From NCBI GenBank assembly GCA_965218795.1, contig OZ244653.1, positions 2,752,001-2,816,000 of the forward strand: a DNA stretch of 64,000 nt. Direction: 5' to 3'. Every line of letters starts with the position of its first letter. Within the stretch, counting starts at the first letter, position 1. A program made the position numbers and the translations under genes. The stretch comes from a bacterium. Lineage in GTDB: Bacteria > UBA8248 > JACPRG01 > G963555815. Below, piece by piece: positions 31,370 to 41,754 of the stretch. The notes beneath the pieces are model-generated. The model made no database searches. It was not told where the DNA came from and saw nothing but the letters and a program-made list of their open reading frames with translations.

Positions 31370-32185
31370 TCAAAAAATTCCGGAGGTCCGTAAAAAAAGA
31401 TATGCCGCCGTGATGGAAAGAATGCAGTTCAGGAGCGTTTTCAGCGAGCGGTCCATCAACCGGGGAACGAAGACTGCACCCAGTTGAGCTCCGATGATTC
31501 CCGCCGCGGTCGTTGTCCAGACAACGGCGGGGTCGATGTTCCCCTGCCCCCAGTGAGAGAAGGTTCCGACAACGGCGGAAATCAAGATGGTCATGAGTGA
31601 TGTCCCGATTGCGACACGGAGCGGGATCTGCATGAAACCTACAAAGGCCGGGACTTTCAGGAATCCGCCCCCCACCCCGAGCAGCCCGGTCAGGAATCCC
31701 ACCCCGCCGCCGACCAGCACCGCCTTTGAAACGTTTACTTGATAGGTAACGGGCCGGTTCCCGATCCGGACCGTCTTGGTGTAAGCCCAACGACTTGGTT
31801 TCTTCATGTCCGGCGGGTTCGCTGCAACGGTCGATTTCCGATTGATGAGGTAAATCCCTGCGACGACGCAAAACCCAAGCAGGATTTGAAGAATCCTTCC
31901 AGGCACTCGAGCCGTCAAAAGGGACCCCAAGACAGTCGTTACGATGGTTGACAGGGTGACGATAACCCCCAGCCGCCAATCGACGGTCCCCTGAAATCCA
32001 TGCCGTAGGGCGCCGGATCCGGCGCTGAAAAAGATGAAAACCAGGCTGGCGCCGACCGCCGCCTCCAGTGGAACGTGAACCAGCAGCAGCAGCGGGATCA
32101 GGATGAATCCTCCGCCCACGCCGATGAGGCCTGACAGAAAACCCGTCGTGAAACCAATCAGGAGATAGAGCCAGAGCATCATCAC
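31370..32185 (-). CDS. TauE/SafE (TSUP) sulfite-exporter-family protein
   Basis: Two GLxGVGGG repeats, AVGASL and AIGTSL, about 8 TM segments. Confidence 0.92.
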   Translation of the reverse strand: MMMLWLYLLIGFTTGFLSGLIGVGGGFILIPLLLLVHVPLEAAVGASLVFIFFSAGSGALRHGFQGTVDWRLGVIVTLSTIVTTVLGSLLTARVPGRILQILLGFCVVAGIYLINRKSTVAANPPDMKKPSRWAYTKTVRIGNRPVTYQVNVSKAVLVGGGVGFLTGLLGVGGGFLKVPAFVGFMQIPLRVAIGTSLMTILISAVVGTFSHWGQGNIDPAVVWTTTAAGIIGAQLGAVFVPRLMDRSLKTLLNCILSITAAYLFLRTSGIF

Positions 32186-32279
32186 ATCGGGAGACTGTCG
32201 GCGAGCCCGTTATCCTGTTCGACGTTCAAGCGGGGTGGGGATGACCGGGGTCGCCTTCCGAGTCGCAGAGGGAACCCAT

Positions 32280-35147
32280 TCATTCCGACCCCTCTTGGGG
32301 AACGCTGTAAGCCCTCGGTTCCACCGGGAGAGGACGGTTCAGCCATAGTGGGCGTCTCAACCCCTGGGGCCCGGGCGCCGGGCGGGTTTTCTTGAGCCAT
32401 TCCTTGTAAACCGCGAAGGATTTCTCGGTGTCCGCAAAAATGTCTCCATACTGGTCATCGGGTCCGGCGCGTTCGACGCGTACCTTCTGGTGCCAGCAGT
32501 GCATGCCGCTGACAGGGTCGGGATGAACCGGGAACGCCGCGTTCTGGTGAACCCCGGGATCCTGCCACCAAATCCGGCTGGTGTCCGGGTCTTCGCTTTC
32601 AAAGGGCTGGACCCCATGGACCTGCCGGAGGAACCATCCGTTTTCCCCTTTCTTCTCCATTCGGACGAGCGCAGACCCCAGGCGGCCTCCTTCGCTTTCA
32701 TCCAGCCGCCACCGGCCGGCATGGTGTGAGCAGGCGAGCACGCCGGGCCGGATTCCGGCGGTCACCCAGACCCGATTCACGAAATATCCAATCTCCGTAT
32801 GGACCTTGACGAGATCCCCGGTTTTCACCTCGAGCATCTCCGCGTCCCGGGGATGAATCCAAACCGGGTTTCGGTGAGAAATCTCCATGAGCCATTTTGC
32901 GTTCGCCGACCGGGTATGGATCAGGGTGGGAAGCCTGAAAGTGGGCAGAAGGACGAACGCGCCGGGCTCCATGTCTTCCTGCTGGATGTGGCTGGCGATG
33001 TAGCCCGGCAATACGTGCTCGGGCCATCCCCACGTCTTCAGGGTCGAGGAGAAGAGTTCGAGCTTGCGGGAAGGTGTCGGAAATCCTTCGAGCAGACGCC
33101 CGCCCACCTCCACGCCGACGGCCTTTTCGTCTTTCCGAGCGACGCGAGATACCGGATCCACGGACACCCCTTCGGCCTCGTCCGGTGAAAACTCCCGGTT
33201 GTATTTTTCGAATATGTTCGATTGGATTTCGAACGCTCCATACTTCTGCATGTACTCCAGCGCCGAGAGCCCTTCGGTCGCGGCTTTATCCGGGAGTCCC
33301 GGAACGCTGTGATCGAACATCCATTGGTAGTATTCCCGGACTGTGACTTTCTCCCCCGCCCGATAGGGGGATTCGAAGTGCTTCCGGATACCCAGTTGCC
33401 CGTCGGGGTCGATTCGCCAGGAGAGCTCGATCCAGAATTCATCCTCTTCCCATACCTCGCCCGGATTGGCCTCATACGTATGCAGGACGGTCTTCCCCAT
33501 TTTCTCCATCGCAGCCCGAACAACGGGTTGCCGGAAGGAGACCCAGACGCCGGAGTGGGTCTCCTGACTCTGAACGTCATGGCGCTCTCCCGCCAGCCCC
33601 ATCGGAAGGACGTAGTCGGCGTAGAGGGCCGATTCATTCCACGTGGGAGTGAGCGCGGCGTGAAGTCCGACCTTCGCCTCGTCCTGGAGCGCCTCGATCC
33701 AGGTGAAGCCGTCCGGGTTGGTCCAGATCGGGTTGTAGACCCGGGTGAAGTAGACGTCGAGTTTTCCGCGTTCTTCCTTGAGAAAATGGGGAAGAAGAAA
33801 ACTCATCTCGTAGGTCGAGAGCGGATACTCCCGCGGGTAGATCAGCTCGTTCCAGAACTTGACGGCCGGAGGCGAATCGAAAGGCGCCGGCTTGATCTTG
33901 TTCCAGGAGGCAGGTGACGTTCCGCCCCGGGTTCCCACGCTGCCCGTCAAGACGGAAAGGAGGTACAGGGCGCGGGTGATCTGCCAACCGCCCAGATGGG
34001 CTGATGCGGCCCCCCGCCAGATATGGGCGCAGAAGGCCGAGCCCGCATTGGCGATGTCCCGGGCAACCTTCCGGATGTACGGGGCCGGAACGCCCGTTTC
34101 CGTTTCCGCGAATTCGGGCGTGAATCTTTCGTAGACCCGCTTGATTCGGTCGATAAAATCTTCGAAAGAGCCTCCCCGCATTCCCGCCTCTTCCCGAAGA
34201 TATTCCTCCCAGTTGACCCAGGTCTCCACAAACCTCCGGTCGAAGATGTCTTCCTTCAGAAGGACCTGAGCCAGGGCGAGGAGGAGGGCGCTTTCGGTCC
34301 CCGGGTAGGGGGCCATCCAGTAATCCGCCCGGGCGGCGGAGTTCGACAACCGGGGGTCGATGACGGCCAGTTTGGCGCCGTTCAGTTTGGCCTCGATGAT
34401 CCGTTGCGCGTGAGGATTGAAGTAATGCCCCGATTCCAGGTGCGCGCTCATCAAGAGGATAAACCGGGCGTCCCTGTGGTCCGGCGAGGGACGGTCCGAT
34501 CCCTGCCAGAGATAGTACCCGAGGCGCGCGGAGGCTGAGCAGACGTTGGTGTGACTGTTATGGCCGTCGATCCCCCATGCCTTCAGAACGCGCTCGACCG
34601 ATCCCTCGTAGCCCGGTCTGCCCACGTGATACATTACTTCGTCGGGTCGGCCGTCCTGGAGGCATTGCCGAATTCGCTGAGCAAGATCGTTCAGGGCGGT
34701 ATCCCAGCTTACGCGTTCCCACTTCCCGCTCCCGCGCGGGCCCACGCGCTTCTGGGGATAGAGGATACGGTCCGGGTCGCGAATCTGGTTGATGGTGGCG
34801 GGACCCTTCGCGCAGTTTCGTCCCCGGCTTCCCGGATGCATGGGATTGCCTTCAAACTTCCGGATCTCCATGCGATCCTTGTTCACATAGGCGAGAAGCC
34901 CGCAGGCCGCCTCACAGTTGAAGCAGATTGTCGGGACCAAAGCGTACCGGCTGGAGCTCTCCAGGCCTGCCGATGGAGGATCGGGGTCCGGCCAATCGTC
35001 CCAGCGGTCAGCGGGCGGATATTCAACAAATTGTCCTTCCGGAGCCAACCGTTCCACGGGACCCGGGGCGGGCTGTGGCAGACTTTCAATCAGCCCCATA
35101 CGCTCTGCGATGCGTTCAATCCAGCCGGGGTTCGGACGGTACGTCAT
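32280..35147 (-). CDS. DMSO-reductase-family molybdopterin oxidoreductase catalytic subunit (Psr/Ttr-like clade)
   Basis: CFNCEAAC...RNCAKG Fe-S motif, HTNVCS, ADYVLP, FPTPSRKLE, IHTRS, VWIHPRDA; no evident Tat signal. Confidence 0.9.
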   Translation of the reverse strand: MTYRPNPGWIERIAERMGLIESLPQPAPGPVERLAPEGQFVEYPPADRWDDWPDPDPPSAGLESSSRYALVPTICFNCEAACGLLAYVNKDRMEIRKFEGNPMHPGSRGRNCAKGPATINQIRDPDRILYPQKRVGPRGSGKWERVSWDTALNDLAQRIRQCLQDGRPDEVMYHVGRPGYEGSVERVLKAWGIDGHNSHTNVCSASARLGYYLWQGSDRPSPDHRDARFILLMSAHLESGHYFNPHAQRIIEAKLNGAKLAVIDPRLSNSAARADYWMAPYPGTESALLLALAQVLLKEDIFDRRFVETWVNWEEYLREEAGMRGGSFEDFIDRIKRVYERFTPEFAETETGVPAPYIRKVARDIANAGSAFCAHIWRGAASAHLGGWQITRALYLLSVLTGSVGTRGGTSPASWNKIKPAPFDSPPAVKFWNELIYPREYPLSTYEMSFLLPHFLKEERGKLDVYFTRVYNPIWTNPDGFTWIEALQDEAKVGLHAALTPTWNESALYADYVLPMGLAGERHDVQSQETHSGVWVSFRQPVVRAAMEKMGKTVLHTYEANPGEVWEEDEFWIELSWRIDPDGQLGIRKHFESPYRAGEKVTVREYYQWMFDHSVPGLPDKAATEGLSALEYMQKYGAFEIQSNIFEKYNREFSPDEAEGVSVDPVSRVARKDEKAVGVEVGGRLLEGFPTPSRKLELFSSTLKTWGWPEHVLPGYIASHIQQEDMEPGAFVLLPTFRLPTLIHTRSANAKWLMEISHRNPVWIHPRDAEMLEVKTGDLVKVHTEIGYFVNRVWVTAGIRPGVLACSHHAGRWRLDESEGGRLGSALVRMEKKGENGWFLRQVHGVQPFESEDPDTSRIWWQDPGVHQNAAFPVHPDPVSGMHCWHQKVRVERAGPDDQYGDIFADTEKSFAVYKEWLKKTRPAPGPQGLRRPLWLNRPLPVEPRAYSVPQEGSE

Positions 35148-35157
35148 TCTCGGCTCC

Positions 35158-36711
35158 TCAACTCTGCGGGATCCGCTGCGGTATGGTGACCCACAGATGC
35201 GCGCCAATCAAGACACCGCCCAGCATCAGGAAAGCCGACAGGAAATCCGGCCAGCCCGGCCCCCACAGCAGGAGAACCCCTGGAGCGGCGTGTCCGAGGA
35301 CCAGGACGCCTATCCAGAATGGAAGCGCTCCTCTACCCCGCAGAATCTCCTGGGCGGCGCTCTTTGCGTCATTCGTCGCGTGGGGGAAGTACAGTTCGCC
35401 GAAAAACGCCAAAACGCTCAGAACGATACTGACGCGGAGAACCATTCTGAGCCGGTCGGCCGCCGCATCGTCAAAAACAGAATGGAACAGCAGAAGAACG
35501 GCGCCGCCTGCAAGGACGGCGTGCAAGAGCATATGGACCGAGAGCAGAGGGCTCTGCCAGAAATCCCGCCCTTTGGCCTGGGCGAACAGAAAGGCCGTAT
35601 AGACCGCCGTCAAGAAGGACAGAATGGTCCCGGGCCAGGTGAGATGTTTCTGGAATCCAGGTCCCCCGATGAGTCCTCCAATCAACCACAGCCCCAGCAC
35701 GCATCCGAAAAGGAGCAGGATGTATCCGCCCTTGACCAGCCAGGACTTCCATTGGGGGCGAAGGAAGATGTACAGGAACCGGTCGACCCGTCGGAGATCG
35801 TTCACCAGCAGTATGCAAGTGAGCAGCAGGAAGAGGAGGCCCATGATCGCACCGATCCATCCCATTGCGACCGCGGATTCTCCCGATCCCTGGATCATCA
35901 GCGGGATGCTGAAAGCGCCCGCCGCAATCGCCTTGGTCAGGATGTAAGAGGAGACCTTCCATCCCCAGACGACGCGCTCGCGCGGCGCGTCGTAGACTCG
36001 CCGGGCCAACTGGCCGAGCCATCCCCTCGTCTGGCGGGGCCCATTGGGCAAAGAATCCCGGCTGGACGGGGGCGGCCAGGGAAATTCCCCGGGCTCTCGG
36101 GTGGCTTCTCCCTGGCTCCACATGTAGGTGTCCGCAGTCGAAGCCGCCATAGGATCGAGGGACACCGTGTCCCCATCGATGTAGAAGAGTTTGGGCAGGG
36201 TCCCTTTTTCGGGTTTTCGAACTTGAACCGATTCCCGGATCGCGAGGCGTCCAATCTCGCTGTGCGGGTCTTCCAGATCACCGCAGATGATGGCGTGGGT
36301 CGGGCAAACCGTCACGCAGGGGGGCGCAAGGCCTACGTCGGTCCGGTGCGTGCAGTAGTTGCATTTGGCAGCCGTTTGCTCATATGGGTCGATGTAGATT
36401 GCGTCATACGGGCAGGCTTGGATACATGCCTTGCATCCGATGCATCTGCGGCTGTCGAAATCGACGATTCCGTCCGGGCGGGTAAACAGCGCCGTGACCG
36501 GGCAGATGTCGACGCAGGGCGCGTCCGCGCAGTGATTGCAGCGCATGACCGAGAAACTGCGCTTCGTGAAAGGGAATTCACCCTTCTCGATGTATTTCAC
36601 CCAGGTTCGATTGACCCCGATCGGAACGTCATGCTCTGCCTTGCAGGCGACCGTGCAGGCATGACAACCGATGCACTTCCGGTTATCGATGATGAAACCG
36701 TGCGTAACCAC
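35158..36711 (-). CDS. NrfC-like 4x[4Fe-4S] domain fused to an NrfD/PsrC membrane anchor
   Basis: CIGCHACTVAC, CNHCADAPCVDICP, CIGCKACIQACP, CNYC..PPCVTVCP; then WGWKVSSY, DLRRVDRF..SWL and TM helices. Confidence 0.92.
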   Translation of the reverse strand: MVTHGFIIDNRKCIGCHACTVACKAEHDVPIGVNRTWVKYIEKGEFPFTKRSFSVMRCNHCADAPCVDICPVTALFTRPDGIVDFDSRRCIGCKACIQACPYDAIYIDPYEQTAAKCNYCTHRTDVGLAPPCVTVCPTHAIICGDLEDPHSEIGRLAIRESVQVRKPEKGTLPKLFYIDGDTVSLDPMAASTADTYMWSQGEATREPGEFPWPPPSSRDSLPNGPRQTRGWLGQLARRVYDAPRERVVWGWKVSSYILTKAIAAGAFSIPLMIQGSGESAVAMGWIGAIMGLLFLLLTCILLVNDLRRVDRFLYIFLRPQWKSWLVKGGYILLLFGCVLGLWLIGGLIGGPGFQKHLTWPGTILSFLTAVYTAFLFAQAKGRDFWQSPLLSVHMLLHAVLAGGAVLLLFHSVFDDAAADRLRMVLRVSIVLSVLAFFGELYFPHATNDAKSAAQEILRGRGALPFWIGVLVLGHAAPGVLLLWGPGWPDFLSAFLMLGGVLIGAHLWVTIPQRIPQS

Positions 36712-36859
36712 GAATCACTCCCTGCTGGATCAGGACGGGCATCCCCCATCCAATCATCCTGTTGGAACGCTGAAAATCCCCGCGCCGGCCGGTTGCAGGC
36801 AGACTTCAGCCCGCCCCCGGAGTGGCAAGGCGCTGTGGAGGAGCGGTTTCAGGAAAGTC

Positions 36860-38263
36860 TCAATCCGGAACGGTCTTGAATCCGGCAGCGCGCCAGGCAT
36901 TCATGCCGCCTGCGACGTTCTTGACTTCTTGATAGCCGTGTCGGAGCAGCAGGCTGGCACCGGTGCTGCTTCGGATCCCTCCGCCACAGATGATGGCCAG
37001 GGTATCATTTTTTGAAAACGGCAGTTCCAGGTCATTCTTCCACATTTTTTTGAAATTCATGTGGAATGCGCCCTCGATATGGCCGTTGTCCCACTCTTCG
37101 TCTTCGCGCACGTCGACCACCTGGAAGCCGTTGATTCCGTTTTCCGAAATGTATCGGTGTAGATCCTCGACGGAAATCTGGGGCAACTCCTTCCCGGCAA
37201 GGCCCGCTTCCTTCCATGCCTCCAGACCCCCTGCGACGAACCCCCGGACGTGACGGTCCAGTCCCAGGAATCCCATTTTGTGAATCGCCTCCTGAGCATC
37301 CCGGTCCTGTTCGCCAAGAAGAATGAGCGGCGTTTCAGGTTCAAGGACCCAGCCGATTCGCTGCTCGAATTCACCGGCCGAGAGCGGGATGTTCACAGCC
37401 CCGGCAACATGACCACGCCCGAAGTCTTCCGGCTCGCGCATATCGAGAAGTCGGACTTTCGGGTCCGAAACCATCAAGTCCCGGACCTCTGTAGACTGGA
37501 GCGGCTGGGCTTCAGGTTCTTCCATGGTCAAGGGGAGGCGGCCTTGGTTGATGGCGACGATTGGGTGAATATTCGCGGGCCGGTCCGGGAGGCCCTCGGT
37601 CATGTAGCGGACGAATGATCCCTGATCCGGCTGCCGGAAGGCCTGATTATGGCGCCGCTCAAAACCCAATGTTGTGGCAAACTTGCCACTCAGCGACCGT
37701 CCTCACGTGGAGCCGCCGACATGGCCGGGCCAGACTTCCGTGTAATCGGGAAGGTCCGCAATGCGGGGCAAAGCGCGGTCGAAGAGTTCGGCTGCGCCTT
37801 CCTCCGAGCGCTGCGCCAGATCGGGCCGCGCGATATCATCCACCAGGATGAAATCTCCGGTGCACAACATCCAGGGCTCCTCCGCCCGGCTCAAATCCGA
37901 AATGGCCACGGTGATGTGTTCCGGCCGGTGTCCCGGTGTGTGCATCATCTCCAGCCGTACGGATCCCATCTGGAGGGTATCGCCGTCTTTGACGCGCGTA
38001 GCGGGGTATTGGATATCTGCTAGATCATGGAGGATCAACTCGGCTCCGGCGAGATCGGCGAGGCGTCGGGCGCCGGAGACATGGTCGGCATGCAAATGTG
38101 TGTCAATCACGTATCGGATCTTGACACCTTGCTTCCGGGCGATGGCTGCAAAGGGTCCAGGATCCCACAGGGGATCGATGACCGCGCATTCACCGCCCCC
38201 GAGACAGCCGCATACATAAGAGACGCACCCGGTCTCCTTGCGGACGACCTGCTCGAAGAACAT
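36860..38263 (-). CDS. Persulfide-dioxygenase (ETHE1-like MBL) plus two rhodanese domains; selenoprotein (467 aa, U187)
   Basis: THLHADHVSG, TPGH, TGDF, PGHVGGST-U-GRSLSGKFATTLGFERRHN (family GHxxGSxCG..TIGxE) across TGA 37703-37705, in frame with the rhodanese part (CGGGIRS); GUGGCA-AGUU-UGCCAC hairpin after UGA. Confidence 0.88.
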
Positions 38264-38832
38264 CGTGAATTCCTCCATGCTGGATATCGCTGCCGGATAG
38301 CGCTCGGGATCCCGCCGACGCTTTTGCGGGACACAGAGACGAATTTTTCGACATCGGGAATCATATCGCCAGGGGACGGAAGCATTGAAACCATCCAGGA
38401 ATATCGACGGCTGGTCTTCAACGGTACAGAATGTGGGGCGGAGTTTACTTCAATTTGGGCGAAAGATGAAGCACTTTTTCTTTTCTCCGCAATCCGTTGC
38501 AATCCGGTTGGAGGGCGATCTGGACGGCCGGCCGCGATCGATGAATCCTACTGATTCACATTGCCTCGATTGTGGGTGCCTACAAGAACCTGTCGAATTC
38601 AGACATCTATCACGAGGCGAAGCGCATTGAGCTGGATCGGAGCAGAGAGGCGAATTCAGAAGAGGAAGAGGCGGTGGATGAGGGGCGGAGACATTGTAGC
38701 CGCATTTATGAACCTCCGAAGGAAAAAGTGAAACCTCCGCTTACCAGCCGGCCCTAAAAGCGTGCTATGATTTGTCAGGTGCACGTGCAGATTTTGCCCG
38801 AACGAAGGTTGCACCCCTGGAGGACAAGAACC

Positions 38833-39156
38833 ATGACGGATGAGCAATTGAACGCCTTTGAGAAACGCATGGATGAGCGGTTCGATAAAATGGATGAGCG
38901 GCTGCTCAAGATGGATGAGCGGTTGCTCAAGATGGGTGAGCGGTTCGATAAAATGGATGAGCGGCTGCTCAAGATGGGTGAGCGGTTCGATAAAATGGAT
39001 GAGCGGCTGCTCAAGATGGATGAGCGGTTCGATAAAATGGATGAAAGACTGAATGCCATCACGAAATGGTCGGCTACCTTCACCGAGTGGTCCGTTTCGA
39101 TTGACGAAAGGCTGGATAATCTCACGAAGAAAGTGGACAACTTCATATCCGCTTAG
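38833..39156 (+). CDS. Coiled-coil heptad-repeat protein
   Basis: GGAGG RBS; repeats of MDERFDK / MDERLLK. Confidence 0.7.
   Translation: MTDEQLNAFEKRMDERFDKMDERLLKMDERLLKMGERFDKMDERLLKMGERFDKMDERLLKMDERFDKMDERLNAITKWSATFTEWSVSIDERLDNLTKKVDNFISA
38869..39057 (+). repeat. 21-bp tandem repeat (8 full units plus one degenerate)
   Basis: ATGGRTGAGCGG(TTCGATAAA or YTGCTCAAG) units. Confidence 0.95.
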
Positions 39157-39181
39157 GGTTCGAATCCTTTCACCAGTTCCT
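39154..39181 (+). other. Degenerate tRNA 3'-end fragment (possible att remnant)
   Basis: TAGGGTTCGAATCCTTTCACCAGTTCC resembles a tRNA-Gly T-arm/acceptor end; no 5' half is present. Confidence 0.35.
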
Positions 39182-39460
39182 ATCTTGCCACGCCCGTAAG
39201 CCTTTCCGCGCTCCATTAAGTCGCTGAATTCGTCATTTCTGCACCGTTTTTCACCGTCGCAAATTACGACCTGTTTTCAATCTATTCTTGATTTCAAAAA
39301 ATTCCATTCATGCACCTCTACAGAATCCTTCGTTTTCCGGTTGTGTTTCCGGATCGGGTAACATGGTTTCGTTACAAGACCGGCAGCTGAATCGTCGTTC
39401 ATTCCTATGCCGGCATCGAACGCCGCCGCGGATGACTTTGTGCAAGGAGGGTCACAACCG

Positions 39461-39862
39461 ATGGAGTCCACCATCAGATTGTTCGAAGCCTTGGATTGGA
39501 TGCCCTTGCCCGGAAACCCGAATGTCAACGTAAAGGAGTTGCTGACGCGGGATGAGTGCGGATCCCTCGATCTGAAATTGTGGCGGATCTTGTTCGAGAA
39601 AATCGAGCCGGGCGCCGCCGTACTGCCTCATTTTCATGATACGGCCGAAGTGATCCACTTCATCAGCGGCGAGGTCCATGTCCTCGTCGGTGAGCAGAGG
39701 AGGGGTTGCCGGCCGGGAGACACCCTCATTGTCAAAAGCGGGACCATTCACAGTGTGGCCAACAAAGGCGAGTCGCCCACGACGCAGATCAGTTACTTCG
39801 TCCCAGCGGTCGGTCAGGATGAATTCGGGTTGACGGAGCAGGTTCCCGGAATTGAAGTTTGA
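39461..39862 (+). CDS. Cupin-domain protein
   Basis: PGAAVLPHFHDTAEVIHFISG and PGDTLIV..GTIHSVAN; AGGAGG before ATG 39461. Confidence 0.88.
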   Translation: MESTIRLFEALDWMPLPGNPNVNVKELLTRDECGSLDLKLWRILFEKIEPGAAVLPHFHDTAEVIHFISGEVHVLVGEQRRGCRPGDTLIVKSGTIHSVANKGESPTTQISYFVPAVGQDEFGLTEQVPGIEV

Positions 39863-39927
39863 GATGAAACCGCATTTGCGCTGAATCATTCCATCGGAGA
39901 TTTCCTGAAAACAAGGAGAACCTGACA

Positions 39928-41028
39928 ATGCAGGCAAAGGTATTCCGTGTGCCCATGGGGTCACCGGACGATATCTCCGGCGTCGTCGATTTGATTGAGA
40001 GCGGAGCGTGTCAACCGGAGGAAGTGGTTGCGGTCCTGGGGAAAACAGAGGGGAACGGCTGCGTGAATGATTTCGCCCGCGGTTTCAGCAACTTCGTTCT
40101 GGCGGATTATTTCGGGACGAAGATCGGGATCCCGCGGGACGATGTGACTCATCGGATTGCCCTGGTGATGTCGGGCGGCACGGAAGGCGCAATGAGCCCT
40201 CACTTCACGCTTTTCGCGAAGACGGAGGACGGCGAGGCCAATGGCGACAAACGACTGGCCATGGCGTCCGGGCGCACCCGGGATTTTCTGCCCGAGGAAA
40301 TCGGCCGCATGCCTCAGCTCCTGGAAACCGCCGATGAGGTCCGCCGCTTGATGGCGGAGGCACAGATTGAAAGTGTCGAAGACCTCCATTTCGTCCAGAT
40401 GAAGACGCCGTTGGTCACGACGGACCAGGCGGAAGACGCCTTGAGGCGGGGAAAAACGGTATGTGCCGACAATACGTACAAGTCGATGGGTGATTCGCGG
40501 GCGGCATCCGCCCTGGGGATTGCGCTCGTCACGGGTGAGGTCACGGAAGACAGGCTGAGCGATGAGGTCATCGGGCATGACGGGTCGCTGTACTCAGGCG
40601 TCGCGTCCACTTCTTCGGGTATCGAACTTCAGTGCAATGAGATTGTGGTTATGGGGAACAGCGCAGCGTGGGGGGGCGACCTTGTCATTGGACACAGCGT
40701 GATGAAGGATGCCCTGGACCGGGACGCCGTCAAGGAAGCGCTGGCGAGCGCGGGGCTTCTTTTTGATTGGAGCCTGTCGCCCGATCAGCGGGGGCGGGTG
40801 GTCAATATCCTGGCCAAGTGTGAGGCCAGTCCGGACGGCCGGATTCGCAGGCGCCGCCATACCATGCTGGACGATTCGGACATCAACAGCACGCGGCACG
40901 CGCGAGCCGTCGTGAACGCCGTCATCGCATCCATCGTGGGCGACCCGATGGTTTATGTTTCCGGTGGGGCGGAGCACCAGGGCCCTCCGGGTGGAGGGCC
41001 CGTGGCAGCCATCGTGCGGGTGGAATGA
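39928..41028 (+). CDS. Cyanuric acid hydrolase/barbiturase-family ring-opening amidohydrolase
   Basis: GKTEGNGCVNDF, VMSGGTEG, SMGDSRAASALG, STSSG, VSGGAEHQGPPGGGP. Confidence 0.93.
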   Translation: MQAKVFRVPMGSPDDISGVVDLIESGACQPEEVVAVLGKTEGNGCVNDFARGFSNFVLADYFGTKIGIPRDDVTHRIALVMSGGTEGAMSPHFTLFAKTEDGEANGDKRLAMASGRTRDFLPEEIGRMPQLLETADEVRRLMAEAQIESVEDLHFVQMKTPLVTTDQAEDALRRGKTVCADNTYKSMGDSRAASALGIALVTGEVTEDRLSDEVIGHDGSLYSGVASTSSGIELQCNEIVVMGNSAAWGGDLVIGHSVMKDALDRDAVKEALASAGLLFDWSLSPDQRGRVVNILAKCEASPDGRIRRRRHTMLDDSDINSTRHARAVVNAVIASIVGDPMVYVSGGAEHQGPPGGGPVAAIVRVE

Positions 41029-41148
41029 AGGGTGTCACCGCGCGTTGCGTCTGTATGGACCGGTCGGCGGAAAGCTCCGGTTCGTCGCCATCGCGGCCTC
41101 GCTGTCATGCCCCAGCCCGATCACGATGCCGGTTTCCCGTTCGCGCCG

Positions 41149-41544
41149 TTATTCCACAACCGCAATCGCTTCAATCTCGACCAGGAACTTCGTGGTTGCG
41201 AGACCCTGAAGGACACAGAGCGTGTTGGCGGGCGGCTGGTCCTTGAAGTGACGGCCCACAAGGTCCCTCGCTTTCTGGGCGTCTTCCTGCTTGACGACGA
41301 AGGTGGTCAGCTTGACGACGTCTGCGAAAGAGGCGCCCGCTTCGGCCAGGACGTCCCGGAGGTTCGACATCACCTGTTCCCCCTGGGCGTCAAAATCGCC
41401 TTCTCCAACGATGTTCCCCTCGGCATCCCCCGCCACCTGGCCGGCGCAGAAGACCAGCCGGTTCGCGCCTTTTACTTCAATCCCGTGTGAATATGCGCTG
41501 AACGGCTTGTGGAGCGTTTCCGGTTGCAGGATTCTTTTTTCCAT
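41149..41544 (-). CDS. RidA/YjgF-family protein
   Basis: YSHG, AGQVA, DVVKLTTF, VEIEAIA. Confidence 0.92.
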   Translation of the reverse strand: MEKRILQPETLHKPFSAYSHGIEVKGANRLVFCAGQVAGDAEGNIVGEGDFDAQGEQVMSNLRDVLAEAGASFADVVKLTTFVVKQEDAQKARDLVGRHFKDQPPANTLCVLQGLATTKFLVEIEAIAVVE

Positions 41545-41754
41545 TCATTCATCTCCTTGAAGTCTGCGCGGCGCGGAAGAATTTCCACTCGCAATGGACC
41601 CTTTGAAGCCCGCTCCCGGATTTGTCGAACCCCGGTGGTTCGTTGAGACGGCCTTCCGAAAATAACAGATGGTTCGAGGAAGTGTCACGAACTTGCTTTT
41701 CAAAGGCCGGGTGGAGGGCCTTCCGGGCTTGGATCGGTTCGCCCTCCCAGTCGC

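Noticed and set aside
34918-36879. Long antisense or alternate-frame ORFs (653 aa here; also 22846-24078, 24037-25284, 41549-43033, 51221-52579)
   Set aside because: Shadows of well-supported genes in GC-rich DNA, with no recognisable motifs
38572-38757. 61-aa ORF
   Set aside because: No motif or clear RBS; cannot be supported as a gene
38869-39057. Regular repeats as a possible CRISPR array
   Set aside because: There are no unique spacers, the unit is 21 bp and in frame, and no cas genes are present
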